Shown here: piece by piece, positions 19,497-32,100 of the stretch
Layout of the letters: the number at the start of each line of letters is the position of its first letter
Numbering within the stretch: the stretch's first letter is position 1
Source of the DNA: an uncultured virus (IMG/VR IMGVR_UViG_3300009499_000096)
Lineage: Duplodnaviria > Heunggongvirae > Uroviricota > Caudoviricetes
IMG/VR virus record: IMGVR_UViG_3300009499_000096
Strand: one strand, 5' to 3'
DNA: 64,000 bases
Made by a program: the position numbers and the translations under genes
The notes under the pieces: model-generated
What the model was told of the DNA's origin: nothing
Database searches by the model: none
What the model saw: only the letters and a program-made list of their open reading frames with translations

Positions 19497-21857
19497 GTGG
19501 TGAGACTTTGAGATTTGAAGAAGCTCAATACTACTTCATCAAAGTGCTGGATGCTGAAGAACGTCTTGTGGACTTGTGGAAAACACCACAAGCCATAGAC
19601 TTTGAGGATCGGAAGTAACTATGGGAACAAAAGAAGCCTTGGCTGAGATCAATCGGTTAGCTGCTGATATGGGAGTTGGAGTTTCAAGGCAAAGACATAA
19701 AATACTACTCTATCAAATCCCAGCAAACTGGATTGGCATTAAATATCAATTCGGCTACACACCTTGGAAAACCACGATAAAGGGGAAATCTGGTTTCTTC
19801 TTCCTCAAATACCATCTGAAACCTAATGGTTCACTGGCTCTGGTGAAGTCTGTCAGATGGAGACAAAGGAAAATTGCAAGTAAGAAAGCTTGGGAAGCAC
19901 ACCAGAAACACTACACTGATCCTGAACGATTGAAGCTCCAGCAAAAACGTCTCAATCTCAAAAAGGAGAAGCAAACTACAATAGATCTCATTCCCCTTCC
20001 TCTGAGAAGAGCAACATCAAGGCTAACTGAAGTGAGAAAAATCATTCAAACACATGAGGCTGGACTCAAGAAATCTGAAAAAGCTGTTAAACGCAAGAAG
20101 AAGCTCATACGCAAGTGGACTAAGAAAGAGCAGTATTACAAATTGAAGGTTCAGAAGCTGGGAAACGATCCTATGGGGAGACTTCAATGAGGCTACGTAG
20201 CATTTTGTCATACATCGTGGACTTGGTGAACGATGTGGTGTCGGCTACTTCAATGATGCTTGAGGAATCCCTTGATGAAGTGGAGTGGATGCTAGAATGA
20301 TAGTTGGCATGGAAGTAGATTGTTACGTATGTGCTGAACGCTTGACAAAATGGCTGCAAGAACACAAGGAAGAAATCAACAAGGTTCTTGCTACTGATCT
20401 GAAAGAAAGAGCAATTCCAGAAGAGCATGAAATTACGAAAATTGGAACTGTTACAACCACTGTTGAACTGGAGAAATCAACATGACAAAAATTCAGACGG
20501 TTCTATCTCTCTACAACAAAGAAATGCTAGGAGACCTCTGAAATGAAACTGCTGCAAAAGCTGAAGAAAATATGGAATACTCCAACTAATGAATTTAGAT
20601 TACGCAAGCCAAAGGAACCCTTCACTTTGAGCCTACCAAGTAGCAGACCAGAAAAAGACACCATAGGACTCTTCAACAAAGCCATAATCATCAGAATAGA
20701 AAGAGAGCTCACTCCAGAGTTCAACTACAACTACCATGATTCAGATGGGCAGATACTTGCTGACAAAATCAAAGTAGTCACTACCAAGGGAACTTTTCAA
20801 ATTAAGAGCTGCAATGAATGTGATGTGCTCTACTTCAGAGAAGGAGCTTAAAAAAATGGCTCTAAATGAAGGACATATTTGCATCATCAAACACAGCATT
20901 AAATATTACAAAAAGATGGCAAAGGCATTTCCCGATGAAGAGATATGGAAAATAGCGATTAAAGATTGTGAACGATTGTTAGCAGAAGAAGAGGCTTAAA
21001 AAAATGACTGATTTACTTGAGATATTTGTCACAAAACGTAGAAACATAGCTTATCATTGTTGGGTTGAACGATGGTTAGAAACTGAAATGTCCTCTGCAA
21101 GATTTGTTGAAGCTATGAAAGAAAATATTGAAAGATCCAAGGCAAGAGGGGAGATGAGAAAACGATGAAAGTAATTCCTAAAAGCAGTAGCACAGTGAGG
21201 ATCCTGATGGATAGTGGAGATGAACTGTATGTTAGTGATGGCTCTGATCCAAGAGTCAATCCCGATACATACATTACTATTCGACTAAACGCAAAAGATT
21301 CCCATAGTCCAGTTTCTAAGTTGCCTTTTAAAATAACGGTTCAAGACGCTGACTATAAGATTCATGTGCTAACGGTTCGGGAGATCCAAATCCGAAAAGA
21401 AGCAAGGAAAAACGATGATGAACTAGAGGGTTTAGGAGCTTTATTTAAATAGGTGTTTGGGGAAGTTTTAGTTTGCTGAATAGAGAAGAGGAGATAGTCT
21501 AATGCCCTTATGTCCTGACTGTTACGCTGAGGGTAGGCTAGAGGTCATGATTAATTTTCATGATGAAACAGTTAAAGGTAAACTATACGCTATTTTGGAG
21601 TGCATCTCTTGTGGTTCTTCTATTAGATTGCCAAAAAGGATACAAGCTGATGGTAAGGAGACGACACCATAAATGAAGGCATTTACTCCTACAGCCACAA
21701 CACTGACAAGAGAGAAACTAAAGAGTTTAGAAGGTAAATCTGCTGTAATATTTGTCAAGAATCGAAAGGGAGCTTTTGTTCTATCTATCGAAATACCGAT
21801 GAGCAAGGATAATGCTGTTTCTCTTTGCACAGGGCTAACAAAGGAGACGACAATAGA

Positions 21858-22199
21858 ATGATTAAGAAGATTTTTGTCTTAACTTCTATTCTCTTTGCTC
21901 TTACAATTCTTGATGTTGTCTCCACGATGCTAGTTCTAGGTAAAGGTGGAATTGAGGCAAATCCATTAGTAGTATATGTGTGGAATAACATAGGCTTCTT
22001 AAACAGCGTTATCTTGAAGATAGCTCTAATCTTATTCATGGGGATTATTGCGATCTTTGCGTATTGTTATGCCAAGAAATACAATCCAGCAGAATTGAAT
22101 AAGTGCTCTCTAATCATTAATGGGCTTCTCTACTTCCTACTAATCTATAACTCTGCTGTGGTGGCTAACAACTTTTACTGGTTTATGGTGATGGCTTAA
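21858..22199 (+). CDS. DUF5658-like membrane protein
   Basis: LDVVSTMLVLGKGGIEANPLV motif and three TM helices. Confidence 0.65.
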   Translation: MIKKIFVLTSILFALTILDVVSTMLVLGKGGIEANPLVVYVWNNIGFLNSVILKIALILFMGIIAIFAYCYAKKYNPAELNKCSLIINGLLYFLLIYNSAVVANNFYWFMVMA

Positions 22200-23077
22200 T
22201 GGGAAATCAAAGGAAATCCATTTTGACCAAAACAATGCGATGCTATCTTGATAAACGTAGAAAGTGTTTCCATCCTAGTCTAGCAAAGTTTTGTGAGAAT
22301 CAACTCAAAATATGTAATGAGATGAAACCTTTTTGTGAAGAATGGCATGAAATATTGGAATCTGAAACATTACTTAAAAAACATCCAGAATTACGTAATA
22401 AGCTACAAACTTTAGAGGAAATACAACAGGAGACAAGCTGAAATGGCTGATAAAATCGTAGTTTTTGAGATTACATATGATCCTAAAAAAATCGAATCTA
22501 CCACTCTTGAACATCAAATTAGAAGTATTCATGGTGTCATAAGTGTGAACTGGGGAAGAAAAACTGATGGAAATTAAATCATCTTATTGGCGTAGCAGAG
22601 GGCTCCATATCACGTTCAGGGGAATGAAGTATGAGTTCAAGGAGATTCTGAAACTGCTTGAGGGCAAGTTTGAGGTCAGAGAATTTACTAAAGAACAGAT
22701 GGATAGAGCCAAAGTGATTGTGGATGTGAACAAGGTTCCATTGCATCTGCATTTTGAGATTCCTAACTTACCTGATTGTGTCCTTGGAACTGATGGAACC
22801 AGTGAATGTAAGCATGATGAAAATGGTGGTTGCTCTAAAAAAGATGCTAGAAGCTATCCACCTGACTGTGATAGTTATAAACAGAACTCATGGAAGAACC
22901 CAGTATGAATCCTTTCGATACTAAACCTCTCAATATGTGTCCTAAATGCAACAACAAGGAGCTCAAGCAATCTGCTATTATCACTTCTTTTGTTTGCAAG
23001 CATTGTGGAGCACGTTATACTCTGGTGAAGGATGGAGACTCTGAGAAAGACAAAAAAGAAGCTATGGTGATTGCAGC

Positions 23078-24001
23078 TTGAAATACTCCATACTCATCCC
23101 ATTAGTGAATAAGATTCTCCAGCAGTATCCAACAATGAGGCTAACCTTGAGGCAAATCTACTATCGGCTGGTAGCTGAATATAATCTCCCGAACAAGAGA
23201 AGCAGTTATAATCAATTGAGTAGCCAACTGGTTACTGCAAGGGAGAAAGGAGAGGTTGATGAGAGAAGGATTGAGGATAGAACCAGAAGTTTGCTAGGTG
23301 GTTACACTTTCTCAGCTTTGACTTCAGAAGGAGTGAATCAATATCGTTCATTAGCTGGATGGAAGGACAACAGCACTTTTGCTGAAGAAGCTAAGGACTT
23401 CTTTCTCAGCTTTTGGGATACCTATGAGTTGGATATGTGGCAAGACCAGCCACAGTTTGTTGTCGTCTGGATAGAGAAAGATGCCTTGAGCAGAGTTGTG
23501 GCTGAAGCAGCTAACCCATGCAAAGTGCTCACAGCTCCAAGCAGAGGTTATGCCAGCTTCTCCTATATGAGACAAGCAGCTAGACGACTTCCCAAAGGCA
23601 AGCCTACTATAATTCTACACTTTGCTGACCATGATGCTAGTGGCTTGGACATGACCAGAGACATTCAAGAAAGGTTCAGGAAATATGGATCTGGTAGAAC
23701 CATCACAGTGGAGAGAATTGCCTTGACTTATGAGCAAGTGCAAGAGCATAATTTGATTCCAAACCCTACCAAAAACACTGACACCAGAGCAAAGGAATAC
23801 ATTGCCCAGTATGGAAATGAGTGTTGGGAGCTAGATGCTATAGAGCCAACAGAGCTGCAAAGGATGGTGAAAGAAGCCATAGACAACCATACAGACCTAG
23901 AACAGTGGAAGGAATCTGAGCAGCAAGAAGCAGAGGACAAGCAACAGCTTCAAGAGACCTTTGAAAAATGGGCTGATGTCATAGAGGATGTGGATGAGTA
24001 A
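23078..24001 (+). CDS. TOPRIM-domain protein (Topo VI-A/Spo11/JetD-like)
   Basis: LTLRQIYYRLV, VWIEKDAL, SRGY, FADHDASG (DxD), ERIALT, WELDA. Confidence 0.8.
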   Translation: MKYSILIPLVNKILQQYPTMRLTLRQIYYRLVAEYNLPNKRSSYNQLSSQLVTAREKGEVDERRIEDRTRSLLGGYTFSALTSEGVNQYRSLAGWKDNSTFAEEAKDFFLSFWDTYELDMWQDQPQFVVVWIEKDALSRVVAEAANPCKVLTAPSRGYASFSYMRQAARRLPKGKPTIILHFADHDASGLDMTRDIQERFRKYGSGRTITVERIALTYEQVQEHNLIPNPTKNTDTRAKEYIAQYGNECWELDAIEPTELQRMVKEAIDNHTDLEQWKESEQQEAEDKQQLQETFEKWADVIEDVDE

Positions 24002-27000
24002 TGGGGAATGTGCGTTCAGGAAAAATGATGCTTCGTAGTCCTACTGGTTCAATATATTGGACTCAAAAAAACCAAGTTCTTTGTAAGCAGCAAAAGTTTT
24101 GTCATTGACTTGCCAGACTGGTGGCATGATACTCTTGGCTTCAAAACTGTTAGTGCAAGGACTTTAGATGAAGTGGATGTTGCCTTTCATGAAGCCATGA
24201 TGGAGTATGAGGAGAGACAGACAAGCAAACGAAAAGTTATTTTATTCACTTTCAAAGCTTCAGCAGCCATCTGGTCATATAATAATGATGGCTCTATCAA
24301 AAAAGCTTTGTTCAGAGAAAAGGAAGTTACGTTTAGTGATGGAACAGCATTGGATTTCTGGTGGCTTGTCGGATATGAGCTTACCAGTAAAGTAAGAGAA
24401 AAGAAAACTTATACTAATTTAAATGGAGACTCCATCATGAATCCTGACAAGGTTATGGAGTGGAGTGAAAAACGTGAGCTATTCTTCCTTGCTCTTCAAC
24501 AGCGTCTTGAAACTCTAATCGTGCAAGCTCATACTTTCTTCAACTTAGAAATGGAGCAGATCACCAAAATGATTGAAACTCATGAAAACTTAGAGTCATT
24601 ACCCTATCTTACCAATGAGATTAAGGAGCCAACTACTTGAGCAATTTCTGTAGGTGTAAGGGGAAGAAGGTGTTAGGAGCCGACAATAAATGTGTGAAAT
24701 GTGGAAAACCAATCGGGAGAAAAGGCATGGCTAATGCTGGTGTCATAGAGGTTCCATGAATGAGTGAAGCTAAAAAGAAGAAAGAACCAAGTCCAGATGA
24801 GCTGCTGCTTGAGGGAAAAGACTTTCTCAGTGAAGATAACATCATCGGTTTTGTTTCAATTAAACAACTGGGTAATGCCCAGCAAGTCAGAGTAGATACA
24901 AAACGCTTTGCTAAGATTGCCAAGTTCCTAGGAAGCTTATCTGATATGGGCTTTCCAGTGGTTATTATCACTGTGCAAAACAAGAAACCTGTGGTTTTTG
25001 GTGGAAAAATCACTGGGATTGCTATAGCTCCAATGTTTACGGATGATGAAAAATGACTTCTAATTTAGACGACATATCTGATTTTCTGGAAGAAGAGTTG
25101 GCTGATTGGTTCATAGCGAACATTACTCATAGAGATGTTAAAGAAGATATGAGAAGAGTGAGTGTTAAAAAATGAAAACATCTCCAATATTTCTCAAAAA
25201 ATCCAATACAACTATACAATTTGTAGAAATTGGTAATGAATGTTATTTACTATGGGAAAATCATAACACTAATAAAATTAGTGTTGTTAAACAAGAACCT
25301 CTTAACTTAGATTTATTGAGATTGGACAGATTGAGGAGAACTTAAAAAATGACTGGGAAAATGAGTGAGTTTCAGGAATGGGAGAAGGAATCTAGGAGAA
25401 ATACTTTGATTCTTTCAACAGGGTTCTCTATATGTTTGCTGATTCTGGCTCTGGTTTTGAGGCTGATCTAATGAGCTACGTTCAACTGAGTTTCCCTGAC
25501 ATTAAGAACTTCATCAAGTATGTCTCAGAGAAAGTGATTACTAGAGTCGGGAAAGTGGTGATCAGTGGCATGGAGCAAGGGGAGAAGGAAGGGGAAGCTA
25601 CTTTGCATCTCTATTATCGGCTCACAGCTAAGGATGTGGTGAACACTGAAATTATCATCTGTGACTTCCTGTTCTATAAGAATACTTACCTTGGTGGAGA
25701 AGCTGAAGAGCAGAAAACTATTGATGAAGCCACCACGAAATTTGACGCTTGGTTGAAGAATGAACTTAGCCAATTTCTGAAGGCTGGTGGAGAACTCATA
25801 GATGGAGAGTTCAAAACCATGGGAGCTGAATAAGATGAGTAGCTGGCAAAAGAAGCTTCACAGCATAAGGTTCCCGAAACCTGTTCCATGCCCTTATTGC
25901 CCATTAGGAACCGAACCCTACAAGACAAGTCTAACTCTTATTCGTCACGTTTTGAATAATCATAACTGGAACAAGCAGTTCCTTGAAGGCTTTGAAATAG
26001 TGAAGGATACTGAGGAAATCATGGTTCTAAAGGAGAACAGAAAAAATGAGTAGAAGAGAGAACGTGAAGGTAAAGGAAGGGCATAAGCATGGAGAGTTTT
26101 GGAGAGAGGAGCATGGCTGCTGCCATAATCCTATTGCTGGTTGCTTCTGTTGTCGCTGTAAAGGCATTTTGTGTTCATGTCCATGCCACAAGAGGGCTGA
26201 GAAATGATGAGTAGAGAATACAAGTTGGCTATAGCCATAATCTTAACAGTAGTTTTTGGCTTCTATGGTTTTAATGTTGCTTTAGGTGGAATTATGGCTG
26301 GGTTTATGATTCATCAGCTTCTTCCATATAGTCTTGGAGCTTTGTTACCATTCGTTATTTGTCTAGTTATATCCTTAGATCAATATGGCAAGCTGAAAAA
26401 GGAGAAAACAAAAAATGAGTGAATTAGAAACTAGACTAGCCAAATATCAAATCAAACAGATTTCTACACCAAAAACTGTGAAGGAAGAAAAACTGTTCAA
26501 GAGATTAGGGTTTGATGCCAAAATAAAACAGTTAAATGATCAAAGAAAACTCTTTGAAAGAAGCAAACGATGGTTACTGTTGAAGAATCCAAGCTGGGAT
26601 GATATAGAGCTCCAGAAAAACTATCGTTATTACAGAGTGTCTGGGATTCCACTGGAGAAAAATAAGTTTAATGACTGGAGTAAGCCTTTAGTCAGACTCT
26701 GGGGATTCATTGTTCCTGTGATCTGGTTTTCAGTCTGGTTTGTTCTACCAGCCTTGATTTCTGCTGAGACATTTTTCATGGTTCTAGGTGTGGCTATTAT
26801 AGCCACATTCTTCTGTGCTATGGGCTGGGGATTGATTCTTGCTTGTATTCTGGAAACCTCTGTAAATTACAAGTGTCTGGTGAATACTCCTGTGGAGAGC
26901 TACAAGGGAGAAGTGCCTAAAGCTATTCTTCAAAGAGCAGTAGAGCAGCAAAAGGAGTTTGAAGGCTTCCGAATCTGGAGCATACTGAGACACAGTGAAA

Positions 27001-28407
27001 TTGCTGAGTTCGATCAAGGAACCTTGATGGCACTAGATCCTATTCTTGTTGGAACCTTCAAAGATGCTAATTACGTGGCTTTCATTGGATTATGGGGAGA
27101 CGACTTAGAGGAAATCAACACAGTGTTAGAGAGAGGAACCAAGCCTTGACCACTATTCAAACACCTACAAGCAAAATACCATTCCCTTATGCACAAACAG
27201 CAGATGCAATGGAATCATGGATACGAAAATTTGAAAGAGAACTGCAACAAATTCTCACAGGAGATTTTTCTCCCTGTAACGCTTGCACTCCTGAAACACA
27301 TGGAGATTGTAGGATCTGCATCAAGGACTTGTTGAAGGAGAAGTAATCAATGAAGATGTATAGAGAAAAGGTTGCAGCTCTTAAAAAAAGAGTTGAAGAA
27401 AACAGACAGGGAAAAATTATTTCAACAGAAATACACGGACAGGGAAAACAATGTCCTCACTGTTGTAGCATGAACCTTGAACATAACAACAAATATCCAA
27501 GATTCAGAAAAAAGACTTTCTTCAAAAAAACTGTTGTAATCTTCATGACTAAATGCCTAACTTGTGGCACTCTCTTTGACAAACCTGAAATATTGAAGGA
27601 TCCTTGGGTAATTTTTAGACTTGTAAAAGGTTATGAGGCTTATAATTTGAAGGAGACGACAACATAAAATGAGAATTTGGAGCTTTACTGAATGGATAGT
27701 TGAATGTATCTTAATATGGCACTTCTTTATTTTTGTATCAATAGTTGCATATCCTTACTCTGTTTGGCTAGGAACAATCTTTCTTTCAACTTCATTCATT
27801 TTAGGAACTATAACTTACTATTTTAAACTCCAAGAGAATCAAAAGCTAATGAAAGCATGGGATGATCTCACAAAATGAAGCATCAAACAATCTCTAAAGA
27901 TATTCAAGCCAAGGATATTGGATTTGAAGATGTGAAGAAAAATCTGCTGGAAGCTACAGGTCAATTTGAGAGCAAAGTAAAAATCCAGAGAATCAAGCTC
28001 AAAGTTACTTTCTACTGGAAGGAGAGGAAATAGAGAATGGGTAGATTTACTCCTCTGATTGTTGGTTTTCTTATTGGGCTCTGTATTGTGCTTTCTGTGT
28101 ATATCATACTTCAGAACTATGCTTCTTCAGAGAATATTATTGTGGTTAATGGAACCATCACAAGATTCTACTTAGGAGACGAAATATTCTCTATTGGTTA
28201 TCATCATTACTTTTTTCATGGGATCCAATGGGAAGGTATTAATGATAACCGACTGGTGATTAGTCATTTCTGGAAAGCAACCAATGAAGGTGGTTCATCA
28301 AATATGTATGTGCAACTCTATAAAGAAAGCACTTTTAGAATTAACTCTCAATCTTTTCTAGTGAATGATTTTGCTGATAGCTGGATTGACTTGGAGAAGG
28401 TCTTAGA

Positions 28408-29127
28408 ATGACTAGAAGAAGCAATATGTATAGCCTCAGTGTGAAGCAATGGAGACCTTTTGTTGGCTGTGAACATGATTGCGTTTATTGCAAGCCTAGT
28501 TTTCAAGCTCAAACTAAACGCTGGGCTGGAGCCATAGATAAGGAAACTGGGAAGAGACGCTGTGAAGCTTGCTACCAGTTTAAGCCTCATCTGCATCCTG
28601 AACGATTGGATCAGCCTCTCCCGAAAACCAGATTCATGCAGTTCATCTTCACCTGTAGTAGTGGAGATGTAGCTTTTTGCCCAACATATAATCTGAAAGC
28701 AATCATGGATCGTATCAGGAAGGAACCTGACAAAACCTTTCTCATCCAAAGCAAGAACCCTGACACGTTCAACAGAGTAAAGATTCCAAGGAATGTGGTG
28801 TTGGGAACCACCATTGAAACGAACAGGTCTATTACTGCAAAGTATTCTGAGGCTCCTTTAACGATTAGACGATACCAAGACTTCTTGGAAGTTAAGCATC
28901 CTTACAAGATGGTTACGATTGAGCCAGTAATGGAGTTTGACCATGATATGCTGGTGTCATGGATTCTGGCAATTGATCCTTTGATGGTGTGGCTGGGCTA
29001 CGATTCTAAGAACTGTAAGCTTCCTGAACCACCATTAGCACAGGTGAAACAGCTCTTCTTTACTCTGGCTGATCTGGGTTATGTTGTCGTCTTGAAAACA
29101 ATCAGGAGAGCATGGCATGAGCAATGA
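28408..29127 (+). CDS. DUF5131 (phage Gp37/Gp68-like) radical-SAM-type protein
   Basis: WRPFVGCEHDCVYC, FLIQSKNP, NVVLGTTIE, VTIEP. Confidence 0.8.
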   Translation: MTRRSNMYSLSVKQWRPFVGCEHDCVYCKPSFQAQTKRWAGAIDKETGKRRCEACYQFKPHLHPERLDQPLPKTRFMQFIFTCSSGDVAFCPTYNLKAIMDRIRKEPDKTFLIQSKNPDTFNRVKIPRNVVLGTTIETNRSITAKYSEAPLTIRRYQDFLEVKHPYKMVTIEPVMEFDHDMLVSWILAIDPLMVWLGYDSKNCKLPEPPLAQVKQLFFTLADLGYVVVLKTIRRAWHEQ

Positions 29128-32100
29128 TTCTAGGGAACTTGAACCTAACCTCAAAACCTTTCTTCCTGTTAGAATAGTTGTTCATCGTGATTCTCATGGT
29201 AAATTATTCATAGAAGAAGATGATTGTAGGAAATTAGGTTCAGGACTCAGAAACGATGAATCTATGTTTGTATATCTTGTGAACTATTCTCAAGTTGAAG
29301 GATTAAAGAAGGAACTGCAACACCGTCTTGACGAATGGATTCCTAAATTCAACCAAGAATTAGAGCATAACGATTACCAAAGGGGAAAACTTGACGGATA
29401 TAAAGAAGTGTTGGGGATTAAAATATGATAGAGCATAAAGTTAATCTAACTGATGGAAGCAAAAATGTTTCTGCTTACTACCTTGACAAAGTGGATAAAG
29501 AGGCATTTTTTGAAAACAGAACCATGATCTTAGGTTTCAAAAACAGGATTGAGTTTCTTGAGAATTTCACAGGATTATTAAGACGTATGGTGAAAGAGGA
29601 AGATGCACTTAGCTATTTCAGAAACGAAATAATGAAGAAGATACCAAAAGAAAAGAGTTTCCATGCTTCTGATATACGATGTAAAATAGAAGATACTGGA
29701 TTTGGACTTTTAGTATTAAGAGCATTTGAATCTTTAGTTTCTGATAGGGTTATTGAATATCGGGGTTCTGGTTGGTATCGTGAGAGGATGATTAAAAAAT
29801 GAGTTCATGTGACGACTTGTTCATATGTGAAGGAAAAGAAGAATCAGAACTCAGTTTATCGTGTATATGGAAAATAAATGCTGAAAAATGTGAACGTGGA
29901 AGAAAAGAACCACCGTTTGAAGGAATTAAAAAATGAAGCCTTTGAAAAGTCCTTGTCGTGAAGGTAGAAGGGCACATCGTTTTAGAAGTAGGAAAACTAG
30001 GGGAGAATTAACGATTAGAGATCATGGGGATGAAACTTGTTGGTGGTGTAAGAAAACTTTTCGACAAGTGCAAAGGGAGCAGAGAGGAGTGGAGACAGTT
30101 GGGAGTCCACTTAGCAGAGTTGTTAAAATAAACAAGACATATCCAATCAGTAAACATGGGAATATCAGGTATGAGCTGAAGTTGAAGTGTGGACACATTG
30201 TTTGGAGAACCTACAAACCAGATGTGGATCCTGTGAGTAAATATTGCAAGTGTATCTACTGCTTCATTAAGGAGAAAAAATTGAATGGTGAAGAAACGTA
30301 AGAGGAAGCTGGGTAGTAAGGTTCATTGCCATATTTGTCCATTGAAGGATAAATGTGAATGGGCTTCTCCACTGGAGAGCTGGAGATACCAGAAGTCTAT
30401 CCTTGGCGATTACATTTACCATGAGGGGAGAGATGAGTTTGTTAAGGATTTGGATGCTGTGATGCAAGCTACTCAAAATTGTCCATTAAAGAAAATCGTG
30501 TTGGAGACCACAACTTGCTGAGTGTTGATAAAATGTGGAATAGTGGCTGGAAAATAGATAAACTTCAGTTCCTTATGAACTTCCTCTGGGCATTTCTCAC
30601 CTATGTAATTCTCCCAATGATAGTTTGGAGTTTTAGTCAAGCAGCAGAAATCAACATTCAGATTGATACTAATACCTACTTTGCTGTGTTTGCAGTATTC
30701 CTCATCATCAGAATCTGTAGAAATCTGGTTCATCCACCAATGTATAGAATTATCAAAGAAGAGGATAAAATAATGGTTAGAGAGGAGAGAGCTTATTCTT
30801 GAAGTGGAGAGTTACTTGGTGGATCCATGCTTCAGGACAATTGAATGGTGGTTCTGACATTATAGAAACTGATGATCCTGATTGTTTCCCAGAGGATGTG
30901 GCTGAGAAGTTGATTGAACTGGACTTGGCAAGAACCTTGGGAGATCATGTAGGAACTAAATACAGTTTTCCATATAAATTTGAACCTAGTATGCCTAACT
31001 TCGTGAAAAAATATATTGACCTGAGTAATGCTGCAAGACACTCTGAGATTTCTAATTGGGGAATCCGATGTGTGAAAGCACTCAAGATGAAAACACATCC
31101 TTACAAAGCCTTGGAGACAACACAATGATGAGGAAATTGCCAACAATTGAGCAATGCTTTTTTAGAACAGAAGAAGGAAAATGTGTTAGTCTTGAGATCT
31201 ATCGCTTTAATCCTCATGTTGAAAAAACAGGGAATTGTGCACATCATCCAAAATCTGCTGCTTTTCTCAATGGAAAACTGCTTTGTTTAGAGTTTAGAAC
31301 TAAAACTGATTCTGAAGAAAGAAAGGAGACGACACAATAATGAGATTTGACAAACGACTGAGAAACATGGCTCTCCAACTCATTATTTTAGCAATTCCAT
31401 GTTTTCTATGTGATTTGCTCTCTGGGATCTTTGGAATGACATTCATTGGTTTTATCCTAGCTCTTTTTGGAGCTGTCTTTCTATGGTTTGCTTATGATGT
31501 GGAGAAGGCAAGAAAGGAGACGACACAATAATGACTGAAAAGACAACATTCAAAATGTTTTGGAAGATTTGCAAAGATGCTGATGTGAATATTATTCGTC
31601 TAGGTTTTGAGCAATCAGGTAAAGGAAAAATTAGAGCTGAAGTTGGAATAAAAGGCTCCTTACTTGAGATCTCTAAGAAATTGGATAAGTTAGTCAAGGG
31701 ATTAAAACCGTTCATTGATGATAAATTCTTTGGCAAGTGGTTGAACATCTCAGGTTCTATAGATCTCCATCAGTTCAATGGAATGTTGAATGTTGAAGTT
31801 GGCTTTAGAGGGATAGGGATAGAACTTGAGTGAAAAGGAAAACAAGAAAATAACTAAGGCTTTTGCTTTGATGCAAGTAGCTATTGAGACACTTCAGAAG
31901 GCAACAACTCTTCTAGCTGAATTTGAGATGGATGTTCCTGAATTAAATCATAAAGCTCTGAAGCTGATGGGAGATGCAACTAACTCCATAGAGAAGTCTA
32001 ATCAGTTCATCAGAAGCTTCATCAGACTGTCATTGTTGAAGCAAGTTGTCAAAATTAAACCACAGGAGACGACACCATAAATGGTGGATGATTGGACTTT

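Noticed and set aside
18268..22404. 17-bp repeat GAATTACGTAATAAGCT at 18268 and 22388
   Set aside because: Both copies are within coding sequence (ELRNKL) with no boundary context; no functional reading supported
23078..24001. Complete topoisomerase VI or Wadjet system
   Set aside because: No Topo VI-B GHKL ATPase or SMC-like partners nearby
24760..25056. PCNA/sliding clamp
   Set aside because: Only a C-terminal IAP-like ending matches and the protein is far too short
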